A DNA stretch of 64,000 nucleotides from the human T2T-CHM13v2.0 reference genome, Homo sapiens, in the NCBI RefSeq assembly GCF_009914755.1, contig NC_060928.1, one strand, 5' to 3'. The notes beneath the pieces are model-generated. The model was not told the DNA's origin and searched no databases. It worked only from the letters and a program-made list of their open reading frames with translations. Positions within the stretch are counted from its first letter, which is position 1, and every line of letters begins with the position of its first letter. Below are positions 61,555 through 64,000 of this stretch, in pieces. The position numbers were made by a program, and so were the translations under genes.

Positions 61555-62870
61555 GAGAACTTGTGCAAATCAGGAGGAACCCTGGGGAGACCATACCAGC
61601 CTGAGTGAGGCAGGACCGCCCAGTGATGAAGATCGTAGCTGATCAAGTTAGACAGCGGGGGTGATCCCAGCTCCACCATCCTGCTATGTTACCCTGAGCA
61701 AACTACTCAGCTAGAGCGGAATTCTAATTGTAAAATGAGGTAATAACAGCTATTCCGTGTAGGACTGCTGTAAGGATTAACTAAAGACAAAGCAGGAAGT
61801 GAAGAACAATGTAGAATGTGCTACTATTTGTGCCATGAAGTGGGGGAAAAGATATATTCTCTCTAGATGTATGTATGTATATATATTCATATTTTCTTGT
61901 TTATGTGTAAAACATCTCTGGGAGGTTATGCAAGAAATGAAAAGCAGTCATTATTTATTTATCTGGGAGATGGTAACTCAGTAGAAGGAAGGAAGGAAAT
62001 TTTTACTAAATCTCTCTTATAATTTTTTAATTTTAAGCCATACAGATATAGTACTTATTCGAAATTAACTACTATGTCAAAAGACAAGATATATGGAGTA
62101 CACATCATTCAATGTATATAAATTATTACAATGATAATTATCATGAAAACCATTATCCTTACACCTAAGTTTCTGAGCCAGATAGCACTCCTAGGTTTTT
62201 GCTTTGTTTTGTTTTGTTTTAATTTTAGATTGAGGGGGAACGTGTGCTTGTTTGTTGCATGAGTATTACATGTGTAATGATGGGGGTTGGGCTCCTGGTG
62301 TACCCATCACCCAAATATTGAACATTGTATCCAGTAGGTAATTTTTCAACCCTTACCTTCCTCCCACTCTACCCGCTTTGGAGTCCTCAGAGCCTATTTT
62401 CCCCATCTTTATGTCCATGTGCACCCTTATTTAGCTCCCACTTATAAGTGAAAACATATGATATGTGATTTTCTGCTTCTTTATTAGTTCACCAGGATAA
62501 TGGCCTCCAGCTCCATCCATATTGCTGCAAAGGACATGATTTCATTCTTTTTTGTGGCTGTGTGGTATTCCATCGTGTATACTATATATTATACACACAC
62601 CATTTTTTTTTATCCAACCAACTGTTGGTGGACGCTCAGGTTGGTTTCATGACTTTGCTATTGTAAACAGCAGTCCTATGTGGAATACCTGTTATTACCT
62701 CATTTTACAGCTAGAATTTTACTCAGGGCAACAAAACAGGATGGTGGAGCTGGGATCGCCCCCGCTGTCTAACTTGATCAGCTATGATCTTCATCCCTAG
62801 GCTATCCTGCCTCCCTTGGACTGGTAAGAACTCCTCGGGTTCCTGCTAATTTGCATTTGCACAGGTTCTC
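61555..62870. repeat. Inverted duplication, arms 61555-61771 and 62667-62870
   Basis: Reverse-complement match with a 57/59 core (61625-61683 vs 62737-62795); the arms include part of a MIR plus non-MIR flank. Confidence 0.92.
62195..62666 (-). mobile_element. L1PA16/17-like 3' fragment
   Basis: T-rich tail; GTACCCATCACCCAAATA..TTAGCTCCCACTTATAAGTG..GCAAAGGACATGATTTCATTC. Confidence 0.85.
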
Positions 62871-64000
62871 TGAGTTTATCTAGCAAAAAGTCAAACCCCT
62901 GGGAGGAACCTGGAATCTTTTCAGAATCCATAAGAGTCTCCATGGCTTATCCAGAACTCCCAAGACATCACTTACATCTAAAATTCTATAATGCTAATCC
63001 CACTACTCTCAAAGATAAAATCTAAGCAAGACAATGCTGATGCCAACCAAACAAGAATACAAACTCAGGACACATAGACAAGGAGAAAGGCCGCGATTGG
63101 GAAAGCAGGAAGGAGGAAAGAGAAGGGGAGAAGGTGAAAGGAACGGACAGGAAATCGTCTGTAAAGGTACACATGGGTATAACCCATTTTCTACTTTTGC
63201 TCACCTAACTCTACTCACAGTCCCTTCCACCGCCCTACTTCTGGTTAAACACTTGTGCTATACAATTTGAGCAGCAAACAGCCTAGACCCCTAAAGATTA
63301 ATATTAAACAACTTCATCAAACAAACCAAATCACATGATGCCGGGTCCCAGAGACAGAATACCCCTGCCGCAGCAGGTCTGTTCTGCTTCCCCAGCTGTC
63401 TGACCCCACCAAGGCAAAAAAAAAAAAAAAAAAAAGGCAGGCTCCTCATCTAGATCTACTAGTGATGACATACTAGATTACTAGATTGTCCTCTGGGGTG
63501 AGCCAGCCCTGTCTGCAAAACCCCACAAGCTCTTCAGAGAACACGGTCACCTGACCAATGGCACCCTTTCCATGGCTTTGATTCCCAGATCTTGCCAGCA
63601 TCCATTATCTGGTCTCCATGTCACTGCCAGCACAGAAAGACACAAAAGTTACTGAACAGCATCACAGTCACAACTCTAAGGGCGACCCGAGCCAGACAGC
63701 TGCTTGCAGCATATTCTCCTGTACTACACAGACTGCCCTGTTGGGCAGTAAGATATTTAAGCCAACCTGCATTTTTATATCTTACCCTGTGCAGAACTAT
63801 TGGTTCTACTTGGGTGCACAGGAATACAGAGAAAGAAATAACATTGTGATGTTAGTATTGGGAGCATTCAGAGCCTCAAACATTGATCAATAAAGACACT
63901 ATATTGGATGCAAAATTCTTCCCTCACAGCCAAGTTGTCACTCATGGTGTTTTTCAGTCCATATACTGTGCTAACCTATTATTAATTCTCAAAGATTTAT

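Noticed and set aside
63588-63900. Possible terminal exon (CCCAG acceptor ... AATAAA) with 85-91 aa ORFs
   Set aside because: Weak polypyrimidine tract and common motifs; not supportable without transcript data.

Overview
Non-coding, repeat-rich hominid (human or great-ape) genomic DNA. It carries Alus, one full-length SVA with intact target-site duplications, L1 fragments of several ages, MaLR/ERVL LTRs, MIR/L2 and MER DNA transposons. A CpG island / likely promoter edge occupies about 1-600. I found no supportable protein-coding exon: the ORF track is explained by Alu, SVA and L1 frames plus chance ORFs, and I cannot name the host gene. Repeat family names come from recalled consensus sequences, not a database search. 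The structures not explained by ordinary repeat annotation are: (1) a ~210 bp inverted duplication (61555-61771 / 62667-62870) with a 57/59 core inside more diverged flanks; (2) a composite templated insertion at 15395-15576 stitched from two local donors, 1 kb upstream and 1.9 kb downstream; (3) a 52-nt two-hairpin LTR10-like fragment at 3268-3319 that may be a retroposed short structured RNA; (4) a twin-primed inverted L1 and a young TSD-less L1 that deleted part of a THE1 LTR. I see no convincing new multi-gene system.
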